The notes below the pieces were generated by a model. The model did not search any database, had not been told where the DNA came from, and worked only from the letters and a program-made list of their open reading frames with translations. This document shows, piece by piece, positions 51,990 through 64,000 of a stretch of 64,000 nucleotides of DNA. Location: the NCBI GenBank assembly GCA_002269645.1, contig NIVC01000624.1:66341-130340 (forward strand), written 5' to 3'. Both the position numbers and the translations under genes were made by a program. Each line of letters opens with the position of its first letter. Position 1 is the first letter of the stretch. This stretch comes from Macrostomum lignano (lineage: Eukaryota).

Positions 51990-52815
51990 AGAGGGCGATT
52001 CTTGGAAACGGCGACTACAGGAGGGAGATTCTTGGAAACGGTGACTCCAGGAGGGCGATTCTTGGAAACGGCGACTACAGGAGGGAGATTCTTGGAAACG
52101 GTGACTCCAGGAGGGCGATTCTTGGAAACGGCGACTACAGGAGGGCGATTCTTGAAACGGTGACTACATAAGGGCGATTTTTGGGATCGGTGACTACAGG
52201 AGGGCGTTTTTTGGGATCGGTGACTACAGGAGGGCGATTCTTGGAAACGGTGACTACATAAGGGCGATTCTTGGGAACGGCGACTACAAGAGGGCGATTT
52301 TTGGGATCGGTGACTACAGGAGGGCGATTTTTTGGATCGGTGTCTACATAAGGGCGATTTTTGGGATCGGTGACTACATAAGGGCGATTTTTAGGATCGT
52401 TGTCTACATAAGGGCGATTTTTGGGATCAGTGACTACAGGAGGGCAATTCTTGGGAACGGCGACTACAGGAGGGCGATTCTTGCAAACGGAGACAACAGG
52501 AGGGCGATTTTTGGGATCGGTGACTACAGGAGGGCGATTCTTGGAAACGGTGACTACATAAGGGCGATTCTTGGAACGGCGACTACAAGAGGGCGATTTT
52601 TGGGATCGGTGACTACAGGAGGGCGATTCTTGGAAACGGCGATTACAGGAGGGCGATTCTTGGGATCGGTGTCTACATAAGGGCGATTCTTGGGATCGGT
52701 GACTACAAGAGGGCGATTCTTGGGATCGGTGACTACAAGAGGGCGATTCTTGGAAACGGCGACTACAGGAGGGCGATTCTTGAAAACGGCGACTACAGGA
52801 GGGCGATTCTCGAAA
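51990..52815. repeat. 30-bp minisatellite (GAGGGCGATTCTTGGAAACGGCGACTACAG)
   Basis: Tandem copies in the presumed PKD2 5' UTR intron. Confidence 0.92.
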
Positions 52816-53247
52816 ATGCAAAGGTGATTCTTACTGAATGACTTCATTAGCAACAAGAATTCAAACTAGATCTGCTTACCTTGGTAAAAAGCGTTAGAGC
52901 TCTCTTTAAACAGGCTGGCACTATGCAATCGATTGAGCAGGTCTCACGCCCCTAATCCAGCGCAAGCTCTCCCAACCAACTAACCCACGGCTCTTTAAAG
53001 GCTGGAATGAATGCAAAACTGAAGCGACTGCAGCAGGGCAGGGAGGGCGGGGGTTGCGAATGGAGATGAGGAGGAACAGAATGGCAGCTCCGGCGACCGA
53101 CCTCGCTCTCACTGTGGACAAATGGGAGAATATGCTCAAGCCCCCATAGCCTGCCATCCCCAAGTTCTATAGACCCGGAGGCCGGGTGTGGGACGAGTTT
53201 TTGAGCGGCTAGAAAACAGAAAGGCTGCATCGTGGGGTCCCGCATTG

Positions 53248-53262
53248 GTTGCCAATGGTAAC
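53248..53262. promoter_or_regulatory. RFX X-box-like motif GTTGCC-AAT-GGTAAC upstream of PKD2
   Basis: Exact match to GTNRCC-N3-RGYAAC, about 370 nt upstream of a strong minus-strand donor (CAAG|GTAAGC, about 52880) that probably ends a PKD2 5' UTR exon. Confidence 0.5.
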
Positions 53263-56074
53263 GGAGAAACAAACAGCAAGAGCGGGGAAGCAGCCTAGGA
53301 AACTGTGAGTTGGGACTGTTGAACGGGGAGAGCCAGAGAGGGAAGATGGCATGCAGGACGGGACAGGCCGCTTAAACAATGGGGTGGCAGCAGAGGCGAG
53401 GTGCTGCTGCTGCAGCAGCGGATGATGGGGAAGGGAGAAAAATCGATTTTTCTGGTTGGAGACAGAGAGAGACAGAATAGTCACAGAGGGAAGGATGGAG
53501 CGAGGGCCCCAGCAACGCAAGGCAGACAAGGCAGACCTCCCTTCCCACATATTCTCATAGTTTTTTCTCTGTCTCTCCGTGAGCTTCAGAGTCTTTTCAG
53601 GAATAATATTGGGCTGGTAGGCAAGACAACAGAGCTGCTATTCCGCCCCTAAGCCCAGCGCCTGCCTGCGGGTGCAGGACAGGCAGACATGGTAGGCAGG
53701 GCAAGAGCAGAAGAGAAAAATGAATAGAGAGATACAGTCTACAGAGGAAAATGCAGGGGGAGATTCGTGGGATTCGCTAAGCTCTGCATTTCAGGAGCTA
53801 TTAGATTTTGGATTAGGACAAGGAGAAGGCTAAATAGTTATATTTTATTACAGTAGACATCAATACAAATTGCAATACAAACCAGGTATAATAATAAAAG
53901 TATATTCTTTATATCAGCTAAAAAATGTGACATTGCTTTAAATTGCATGTCTTTAATACATCTGTGATACCACTAAAATATGGATTTATTACTATTTGTA
54001 AGTAGTTAATAAAATTAAAACAAAATTAAAATGGTCCAAAGCTTTCAAACTTTCTGCAAGCAATAGAAGCAAAATGCAGTTTTCTTAATAAGCATACAAA
54101 TTATCTTTTAAAGTTTCAAATGAGGCCAGTAAAGTACAAATATAAAAATATGCTTTTTGCTACTTAAAGTAGCATAAAAAGATTTTAAATGTTCAGTGTT
54201 ATTGTATATATAAAAGACATAGGTATATAGATATAGACTATACTGTGATGTGGTATCCAAAAAAAGTTTTATTACATGAACTTGATTTTAGCTCATTACT
54301 CATTTTATCCAATTTATCAATCTAAAGAAATAGATTTTGTAGACTTTTTTGTCAAGTACTATAAAACAAAACTTACATTTTTTGTGTATAACTAGTCTAA
54401 TCTCAAAACATTTCTTTGAATATTTAGATAAAGATTTGCTTTCCCTTCTCCCTTTCTATTTTCTTCCTTTAGCCTCTTCTTCTCTCTATATCTCTTCTTG
54501 TTTATTCCTAATCCTTTTTCTATCATAGATAGTCTTTTTAATTGTCCTAAATCATCATGCTTCTAGTATTAAATTTGGATTAATAATTAGAAGTTGGCAT
54601 AGCCTAATACTTTTCATAGTATTTCTATTGGCATATCATAAGAGCTATAAGAAGTCATAAGAAGCTTAGTATATATTGGCATAAGTTTTTGATCAGTTAT
54701 TCTTTGTTCTAGCCTATTTTGCACAATATCCGCTAGGCCTTAAGTTATATCATAGTATTAAAATAAGATCATTTCATAAGTTTTTTTATTTAAGCCAAGT
54801 TAAATAGTTTTAATAAATATAATTTAAACATGTTAATATGATGCTACTTACTAAATTAACTAATCACCTACAAGATAATTTAAACAATGATTCTATGTAT
54901 GATAAGACATTTTATCAAAAAAATTATGCTTTATAAAATTAATCTTTTTTGTTAAATTTTGTAGGTGTGCTTAGATCCAAAATATATTTTAAACAAGAAT
55001 AGTTGCAAAAACGTAAATAAACAAATGTTAATAATATGAATGCTTTTTTATTACAAAACTGCCACTCAATAGGACTAATGTGGTAAAATTGCCGTAGATA
55101 GGCCTAGGCCTTTCTATAAAAAGGGAAATTTTAGACAATCAACTAAAATTTAAATGAAGGTATTATTGACATAAAATGCCATAGGTCTATTAAATGTGCT
55201 ATACTAAGAACAACCTAGGCCCTAGCCTTGGTACTTGGACTAGTTCTTGTGCCTCTAACCTTCACTGCAGCCTCTAGCTAGTATGGAGGCCCCTAGTAAA
55301 ATTGCCAATTAGCCTAGTCTGCTTAGTATATCAAGTATTCATTGTCATTTATGAACTATACAGCCCCTCTTCTATTCATCATTTATTCAATAATAGTTTT
55401 AAAAATCTCTTTTTGGCAGATTTTCCATACTGAATTCAATAAAATGTCTTTCTTTTTTACAAATAGTCTTTCAACAAATCAACTTTTCGATGGATTGTCT
55501 TGTCTGGTTTCCTTTCAGGACATATGCATGGCTACATATAGTACAAATTCATGTAAAAATAGGGAAAACCAAAATTGAAGCAGGTTGCATAGGCCTATTA
55601 ACAGTTAGGTAAAGTAACATAACTGCATTTCTGCAGTAGGACCGACCGAAACTGTAGCTAGCACTTAGCACTTAGCAGCAGTAGCAAATAAAAAAGCGAT
55701 TCTAGAAACCAAACCATACACGCAGGAAACAGTAAATAAAACTATGAATGCGTTTGTTGTTAACATCGGACTTCATAAAACTTCTGTACACTTTAATAGT
55801 CTTCGATAGCGACAGGGCAACATGATCAAAACAGTATCTATCTAGTCATTGATCAATATTCAGATTTCTTTTTTAGAAACCGCGGCATGGCAGCACTTTA
55901 AATTTCTGCAAGTTCATGGATACGATTTATAACAAACTCTGGTAACTTTTATTTCCAAGAGAACTCGACTACTTATAGATAATTCAGTGGTGAGGAGTGA
56001 CATTACTACTAATGAAGAATTTTTTGAGTGAAAAATTCTTAGACCGCATAAAAGCACATCAGGCATACATCCAT

Positions 56075-56334
56075 GGGTCTTTTCATATTACCAATTCCAG
56101 AACCAGAATCGGTTCGGAATTCCAAGAAAAACAGCAGTATAACTATTAAACTCTGTTAATATTTGACTGCCTTAACAACCTAACTTAGCACAATTTTTCA
56201 CTTTCTTATTGGCGATTGTCATTCAATAATAAAAACTTTATAGCACGTATCTCCCTCTAGTTATGGAGACAAAAAGTTATACTTCACAAATTGGTTCTGG
56301 TTCTGGAACCAGAGCAAGCAATATGAAAAGGCCC
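56075..56334. mobile_element. Possible MITE-like non-autonomous element
   Basis: Terminal GGGTCTTTTCATATT / AATATGAAAAGGCCC (14/15 inverted match) plus subterminal TTCCAGAACCAGAA / TTCTGGTTCTGGAA. No clear target-site duplication. Confidence 0.35.
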
Positions 56335-57046
56335 CTTAGTGCACTTCATTCTTCAAGGAATTCGAAATTCCCTACCCCTACCCAATAAAGACCAATGCAA
56401 CAAATCATTAACAAGTATTCACTTCGAAAATGTAATTAACAGAATAAGAAACACAATACGACATCTTTATCCATCTATGTAATGTAAAAAGTACACAGTA
56501 TCTGATTGACATCGACGACGTCGAATTGCTGTACGGGTTCAACTCCTTTGTGTACATCTTAGTTTTACTGGGAGGTGTTCATGGTCACTGCGATGGATAG
56601 TGCAGATAGGCAGAAAACAATAATTATTGAGACTGTTGCCCTTGTGATTTTTTGCTTTCCTATCGCCTGCCTAACACTCAGCACTGCAAGGGGTATTCCA
56701 CTCGTATGGGAGCTATAGAAGTGCATAACTTCATTCATTTAGTCGAGCTATCACACACGGACGATCTATCCAATCCTGCTGAGGCGAGTTAATCTCAATT
56801 CGACGAACTAAGAAGGGACCATCAGATTTTCTCCAACTCGGTCGAATGGTTCCGTTTTTGGTACAGTTAGCCGGGCTTCCGCAAAATGGAAAGAGATGAG
56901 GCGGACAGAGTCTGGCGGGGAGTCGCGAATTGCCCTTTATATCGAGCGGAATCAGATTTGCCTCGCCGCTGCCTAGGAAAGCGTTGGCAGCAACAGGAAA
57001 AACTGCGGCCCAATAATTTTCTAGATTGATTCCCCATTTATCCTTC

Positions 57047-57086
<40 letters not shown>

Positions 57087-58219
57087 TCTGCGCCTTTCTG
57101 TCTCCCCAAAACTTTCTCATCTCATTTTCGAATTGCATGGAAAGCGAGCTTGGAGACTGCAGTTGCTGGGCGGGTGGCTTGGGAGTTGTCGGATAATGCA
57201 AAAGAGGCAAGCAGAGACAGGCACCAGAGTAGAACTCGCTCTCTTCAAAGGAGTTTGCTGATGAAAATGAGTCCAACTTTCTTTCAATGCACCCAAAAAG
57301 ACTGTGTGTCTTTTCAAGGTCGGTAAGGGCCATGAGTATCGGCCAGTATTGTCTTAACTTTTTATCTAAAGGTTTTGGACTGATTACCTTGAGTGTCACA
57401 TGCATGTAATTAGGCGCACAGGGGTGTGCTGAATACACTAGCGCTTATGGGAAAAATCCGACCTTCTGGCAGAATCGTCGAATATCTCGACGGTCCGGAG
57501 GGTTGGCGACTTGACTCTTGTTTGAGAAGGTGCGCAACAAAAAGTTAGCCCATCATGTTCTTGAATTTCGTGTGTCTGCGTTGCGCAGCAAAAAAATTGT
57601 CAGGGCCGGGTTCCCCATGGGCGGAAAAATGGCTTGATCTGTATCCTACTGTTAAAACTATGTAAACTATGCTCATAAATCACAGCAATTGTCAGTTTGC
57701 AGCGTCGCCAGCAAACAGCAGTTTCTCTGTGTCTATGGTAAAACCAGACTTTCTACCCGTAAGGTTCGTATCAGTACTTGTCTCAGTCAGCTGAGTCACC
57801 AAAGCAGCTGACTACCCAAAGAACAATGTCACTGGACAGCTGGACAGATGATTTATACCAAACTGTCAGCCATTTTGGAGTTGAAGTCAAGAATAAATTC
57901 AGACCTATAGGAGATTATAGGACTAAATGCAGTTCCACTGCCTGTTCTAGCTACAATACAAACTAAAACTACGTTACCCGAACTTGTTGAAAAAAAAAAT
58001 ATTTTCTTGGTGAATTATATTTTATAATTCTAATTTATAGAATTATATTTTCATGTTGAAAGACTGTAAAAAGCATGAAAAAAGTTTGTATTATTTATGA
58101 ACTTTCAGGTAGGTGGCGTAGAATTTGTGCAAGTTGTAAGAGTAATTTAAAGCGCCAGCGAACACCTGGACCTTAGTACAGCTGTGCTATGGAACACCAT
58201 GAAACACACAGTGAAGCCA

Positions 58220-58885
58220 AGTAACACCCATGGTGCCAAGAAACACCCATGGCGCCAAGAAACACCCATGGCGCCAAGAAACACCCATGGCGCCAAGAAA
58301 CACCCATGGCGCCAAGAAACACCCATGGCGCCAAAAATATCCATGGCTTCAAGAAATAGCCATGGTGTCAAGAAATACCCATGGCGCCAAGCAACACCCA
58401 TGGCGCCAAGAAATAGCCATGGTGTCAAGAAACACCCATGGTGCCAAGAAACACCCATGGCGCCAAGAAACACCCATGGCGCCAAGAAATAGCCATGGCG
58501 CCAAGAAACACCCATGGTGCCACGAAATAGCCATGGCGCCAAGAAACACCCATGGTGCCAAGAAATAGCCATGGTGCCAAGAAACACCCATGGCGCCAAG
58601 AAACACCCATGGCGCCAAGAAACACCCATGGCGCCAAGAAACACCCATGGCGCCAAGAAACACCCATGGCGCCAAGAAACACCCATGGCGCCAAGAAACA
58701 CCCATGGCGCCAAGAAACACCCATGGCGCCAAGAAACACCCATGGCGCCAAGAAACACCCATGGCGCCAAGAAATAGCCATGGCGCCAAGAAACACCCAT
58801 GGTGCCAAGAAATAGCCATGGCGCCAAGAAACACCCATGGTGCCAAGAAATAGCCATGGCGCCAAGGAATTCCCAGGGCGCCAAG
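58220..58885. repeat. 19-bp minisatellite (CCATGGCGCCAAGAAACAC)
   Basis: Tandem copies; related to the 17-bp array at 34.5-36.3 kb. Confidence 0.93.
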
Positions 58886-60057
58886 ATGGAATGCCGACAG
58901 TGCCAAATACCAAAAGCTCAAGTCAGAAACTCAATACAAACGTAACACAGTAGCTTGATGGGTAGCCAGTAAGTTTGCGAAGAATTCCAGTAAAGCGTAT
59001 CTCTAGAAGCTCCTAATAATAATAATTACTCTTCTCGGTTAATGAAATAGAACAGCTTATTCCACTGACAGATGGATGGCGCAACAACCAGCACAGTTGC
59101 TATGCAGGCCGAGTCCCACCGATCCGGCCAACACATGCCCGGGCTTGGCGATGAAAAAGTCACAAAAAATGAATGATGAGGGCAGCGAATTGAACAATGG
59201 ATTGGGGTTTAGCCTGTCTTCGTGATCTAGAAACCTGGCTAGCTACTGGTGTGTGTTATTTCTCGCCTTGGCAACCGAGTTCAGCATTCGAATAGGATGG
59301 AAAGAGTTACGGAAGGTACTGCATTTTTAGCAGCGGCGGCTTCAAAGCGAAGGAGACGCTTGTCGCAGTTTATCCGCTCACGCTCCATCACTTTCTGGCC
59401 CGGCCCAACAACCGAAGTTCAGGCAGTAAGTCTAGTCAGGTTCCAAAGTGTCAGAAACACACAGCGCAAAAACTCAGCACAATTGCACTATAGTTGGGGA
59501 CACTTTGCACTAGTTATGTTTTTAATCGCACTGGTTAGTATTTCCTAGCACCCGCGCGCAGACAATTAGGTTAAAATGCTTATAAGCAATATATTCGTAT
59601 TGGCTATATATTATGGCGTTAGCAATAGCTCCTGGGCGGGACCGCTGGCTTGTCACCGCTGATTTCAACTGCAATCAATCAGTTGGGCTGGACCGGCGGC
59701 CCCTCAGTTCTACTGCAGCCCCCCCCCCCACACCAGTGTGAACCAGCAGCTGCTGTTGTTAATAACAGACCTTGAAACCGCAAAAAATACCTTCGGTTGC
59801 GCCCAAACTAAGGTCTATCTATCTTCTGCCCGCCTTCTGGGGGGGGGGTCCATGGCGCTCTCCAGTCTCCCCTCTCACTCTGTCAGACCAGCCGCACTGC
59901 CTGAAACTTTCCACTCTATTCTCAAAGACCAGCCGGTGCGGTGTCTAGTAAACTCTGAAATACTTCACTGGCGAGAGACGTGCTTTATTTTGTAAAAAAT
60001 AAGCTGCTTTCACTTTTTGAGCCGGCTACTTGAAAGCGACACAGATGAGACTAGGCA

Positions 60058-60465
<408 letters not shown>

Positions 60466-61231
60466 GGATTAAAAATGCTGCAGTCCGGCAGTGACTGAAT
60501 GAGCCATCAATGCCGTTAATTTCAGGTTAAGCGGTAAGCCGAGGTGCCGCAGATAAATGAGATCATATTGAGTCGGGAGCCGGGCCGATCCCCTGAATTC
60601 ATTCCTCCCTCTCGGCTTCCCCTACGCCAAGCCGTTTGCTGTTCGGGCTGTGGAAGGTAATTATTCAAAATCCCCACCTACCCAATCCCTAGAGAAGTTC
60701 CGCCCCACCCTCCCTCAAATCAGTTATCCCCTTCTTCCCCGACACCAGTCTGGTCTGGTGACCAAGCCCGGGACTCCCTCTCTTATGCAGTAGAAAGAAG
60801 ATAAGGCGGCCCCCCGCTGCCTGCACCCCCCTGTCGGACAGTGACTGATGACCCGCTCCCGGTGCCTTTCTAAGCGCCACTTGAATGGAATTTTTTATTC
60901 GTTTGGAAACGAAGGCTTCTTTCTTTCTTCCTAGCCAGCCGTGCCCGACCCCTTCCGCCCAAGGCCGGAAGGCCAAAGCAGAAGCAAATGGCTGTGTTGT
61001 GTTTGTGCGGCTTCGGTGCTGGTGGCTGGACAACTTTTCAAACCAGTGGGGGCGCGCATCGTCTCGGAAAATAAGCATTAGAAAAGAAACAAGCCACCGA
61101 GCCAATTCGAGCATCTCCGCTTTCATTGGCCCGCCAGCCAACCAGCTGAAGCATAAAAGCTACAAAGCCGCAAAGCAAGGACTGTTCCCGTTGAGTCCAG
61201 TCGAAGAATTCCTTTGAACCTTGAAACAGCA

Positions 61232-63495
61232 ATGAATTCGCACGTCGGCAACTTGACGCTCCTGCTGTTTTTCACTGCGCTGCTCAAATCAGCCGCTCTG
61301 TCAACTTCCGCTGTCGTTTCCCTAACCGGAGACGAAGCTGCCTCGATGTCGTCCAGGGCCGACCAGTTCTGCGCGCCCGTGCCGATCAGGGTGCCCGTCT
61401 GCTCTAAAATCCGCTACAACACCACGGCCAGCTTCATCGCTCAGGATCGAGTCGCTTTCCTACTTGGCAATCTGCAAGAGCTTGTCAATACGAATTGCGC
61501 GCCCTACCTTCGCCTGTTGGCCTGCTCGGTGCACCTGCCTCTGTGCAACAGCGACCAGAGCCTGCTGGTCCGGCCGTGCCGAGAGTTCTGCTCCTCAGTG
61601 AAGGGACTCTGCGAGGCCCAGCTGAGGCGGTACGGCATCGAGTGGCCCAGTCACCTGAACTGCGATCAGCTAGAGCTGGAGGACAACGGCAGTAAAAAGA
61701 ATCTCTGCCTGAGACCCATCGAGGAGGAGTTCAACGCCCAGATGATGAAGAAACAGCCGCCACCGCCGCATCTCCCGCTGCCGCCGCCGCTCTCGCCGCA
61801 GATTGTCGGAGCCAGCGCCGGCTCGGGAAACGGCTCCGGAACGGTGGACTCTGCCGCCACTTCCACAGCCCCCGGTTCGGCTGTGCCCGACGCTGATTGG
61901 TCCTCAGATGCTCCGAAGTGCTCCGCCGCTGAGCTTCCAGTCGGCGGAGTCGGCGGCTGGTGCGCCAAACGATGCCTGTCCAGTTACCTGTTCGCCAAGG
62001 AGGATCGCGACTTCGCCGACGCCTGGATGCTCGCCTGGTCTGTGGCCGCCGCCGCCTGCGCCATCCTGGCTTTGGTCACCTTCGCCCTGGAGCCCGGCCG
62101 GTTCCGCTATCCGGAGCGGCCGGTGGTCTGGGTGGCCGCCTGCCACCTGGTCCACGCCGGCGCCCATCTGCTGCGCGCAGCGCTCGGGCCGGAGCTTGCC
62201 TGCAGCCGCTCCTCTGCTGCCCTGTCCGGCAGCCGCGGCGAGCTGGCCCTGGTCAGCCGGCACGCCGGGCAGTGGTGCGCCGCCATCTTCCTGCTGCTGT
62301 ACTTCAGCTGGCTGGCCGGCCTGCTGTGGTGGCTGGCCCTGGCGCTGTGCTGGCACCTGAGCGCCGCTCGGCGCTGGCACCATGGACTGCTGGCTGAAAG
62401 GACCGTCTGGCTTCACCTGCTGGCCTGGGGCGCCCCGCTGCTGCTGAGCGTCACTCTGCTGGTGCTGCACCGGATCGAGGGGGACGAGCTCACCCACCTG
62501 TGCGTGGTGGACGGCTCCCGGCCAGCCGATCTGCTCATGTTTCAGGTGGGAAACTTTGCTAATTCTCTGGCTGTGTTGTGGGGAAGTAAAAGGATGATTG
62601 ATAGATCCGGTAGATCCTCTATTCAAATTTTCTGAAAATTTATCGATTCCGGTCAGTTTGAGCGTATTCTCCACCGCTACCGCCAACCTCCAGGTGGTGC
62701 GATGGCCACCGCACTGCTGCTCGGCCTCGGCTTTTGGCCTCCGCCCTGCGCTCGGCGCTGCTGTCCGCGGCCGCCGCTGATTCGCCTTTTCCAGCCGACG
62801 AGCGCCGGCAGGACCAGCGGCAGGCTGACAAATCCGCAGGCGGAGGAGGAGCTGCTCTCTCGGGATCAGCCGAAGGCGCCTCACCGGAGCAGCGGGCGGC
62901 CCGCCTCAGCCTGTTCGCCTTCCTGTTCGCCCTGCCGGCCGCCTGCGTGCTTGCTGCCAACGTCTACGAGCTGGCCGAGCGCCGCGCTGGACTGAAAGCC
63001 TCGCAGCCGTGCTGGCCCGGCCCGGCGCGCAGCCGCCAAGGAGTCAACAGCATCGCCGGGTGTCGCCTGTCGTCCCGGCCGTCGGCCGCCGTTTACATGC
63101 TGAAGATTTTCATGTCGCTGACCGCGGGACTGCCGGCCGGGCTGCTGGTGTGGGCCAACTGGCAGTCGCTGAGCGCCTGGCGCGCCTGGCTGGGCCGACT
63201 GACCAGCCGCTGGACGCGCCGCAAGCAGCTGCCGCAGACCGCGCAGCCGCAGCCGCCTCCTCCAACGCGGCCGCTGGTGCCTCCGCCACCGCAGCAGCCT
63301 CAGCCGCCGTTGCCTCCGCCGCCGCCAGTCAGCCATCGTCAGCAGCGGCACTATCACGTGTTCAATCCTGCCCACAGTTGCAGCAGCAGCCAGCAGCAGT
63401 ACGAGCTGCATCACGCCTACGCTACAGTTGACAGCGTCAGGTGCGACTCAGCCAGGAGCAAGCGGCTGCACGGCTGCGCTGTGTCGGATGTTTGA
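61232..63495 (+). CDS. fzd: Frizzled receptor (FZD4/9/10-like); exon 1 61232-62545, exon 2 about 62694-63495 with an apparent frameshift near 62700 and 62731-62735
   Basis: Signal peptide, 10-Cys CRD, RFRYPERP, HLLAWGAP, MLKIFMSL, and a C-terminal VSDV PDZ-type motif. Donor CAG|GTGGGA at 62546 and acceptor ctccag at 62693. TM5 (MATALLLGLGF..ASALR) is split across frames. Confidence 0.82.
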
Positions 63496-63739
63496 GCACT
63501 TTGACCCGTAATGGAAATTCACTATTATGCTAAATGTTGTTTGCTTGATATAATTGACCTATTTTTTAAGCTTCTCACCTTCCAAATAGTTTCTTAGAAA
63601 GCTTTTTTGAGCTCATCGGACACGCTTGCCTGGCTGCTTGCTTGTATATAAAATTTGCTTCTCTTGACAACTCCTTTATTAATCATTAGCAGGATTATGT
63701 GGCTCTCCGAATAAGTTGGTGGGATTTGATGAGGAGAAA

Positions 63740-64000
63740 GGTCTACGACCTTTCTGGTTGGTCAGCGACGTGTGGAAGGTCTACGCTCTCTCTGATTTGC
63801 GTCAGGTGTGGTCAACGGCTCTCTCTGATTGGTCAGGGAGGAGGTCTACGGCTCTCTTCTGATTGGTCAGAGTGGAAGGTCTACGGCTCTCTCTGATTGG
63901 TCAGGGGGAAGGTCTACGGCTCTCTCTGATTGGTCAGGAGTGGAAGGTCTACGGCTCTCTCTGATTGGTCAGGGTGGAAGGTCTACGGCTCTCTCTGATT
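63740..64000. repeat. About 33-bp minisatellite (CTACGGCTCTCTCTGATTGGTCAGGG..AAGGT), running off the window end
   Basis: Tandem copies. Confidence 0.88.

Noticed and set aside
52920-53760. Possible retroelement remnant upstream of PKD2
   Set aside because: No RT, integrase or gag motif, LTR or poly(A) tail recognisable; more simply the PKD2 promoter/5' region.

Overview
Eukaryotic (animal) genomic DNA. GC-rich exons sit among dozens of unrelated mini- and microsatellite arrays. The style resembles a free-living flatworm such as Macrostomum; this is inference only. I reconstructed nine genes by hand: (1) a tandem cluster of three intronless NPY/NPF-type neuropeptide precursors (3100-3513, 7147-7458, 11093-11518), each encoding 2-3 NPF-like peptides instead of the usual single one; (2) a 7-exon ROR-family receptor pseudokinase (minus, 18271-12333); (3) two Ly6/three-finger GPI-type genes (plus 27663-28719, first exon not found; minus 37711-36338, quiver/sleepless-like); (4) an intronless secreted, very basic protein with two pacifastin-like modules (39843-40529); (5) a polycystin-2/TRPP channel gene (minus, 51849-41922) with two tandem 114-nt alternative exons for the pre-S1/S1 helix; (6) a Frizzled gene (plus, 61232-63495) with an apparent double 1-nt frameshift at the start of exon 2 and no KTxxxW motif. 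RFX X-box-like motifs lie downstream of two NPF copies, upstream of the small Ly6 gene and upstream of PKD2. Most long ORFs in the supplied track are artefacts of stop-free satellites. The most interesting items are the multi-peptide intronless NPF cluster and the putative mutually exclusive S1 exons of PKD2. All splice models were read by eye and checked for phase and frame only; repeat boundaries are approximate.
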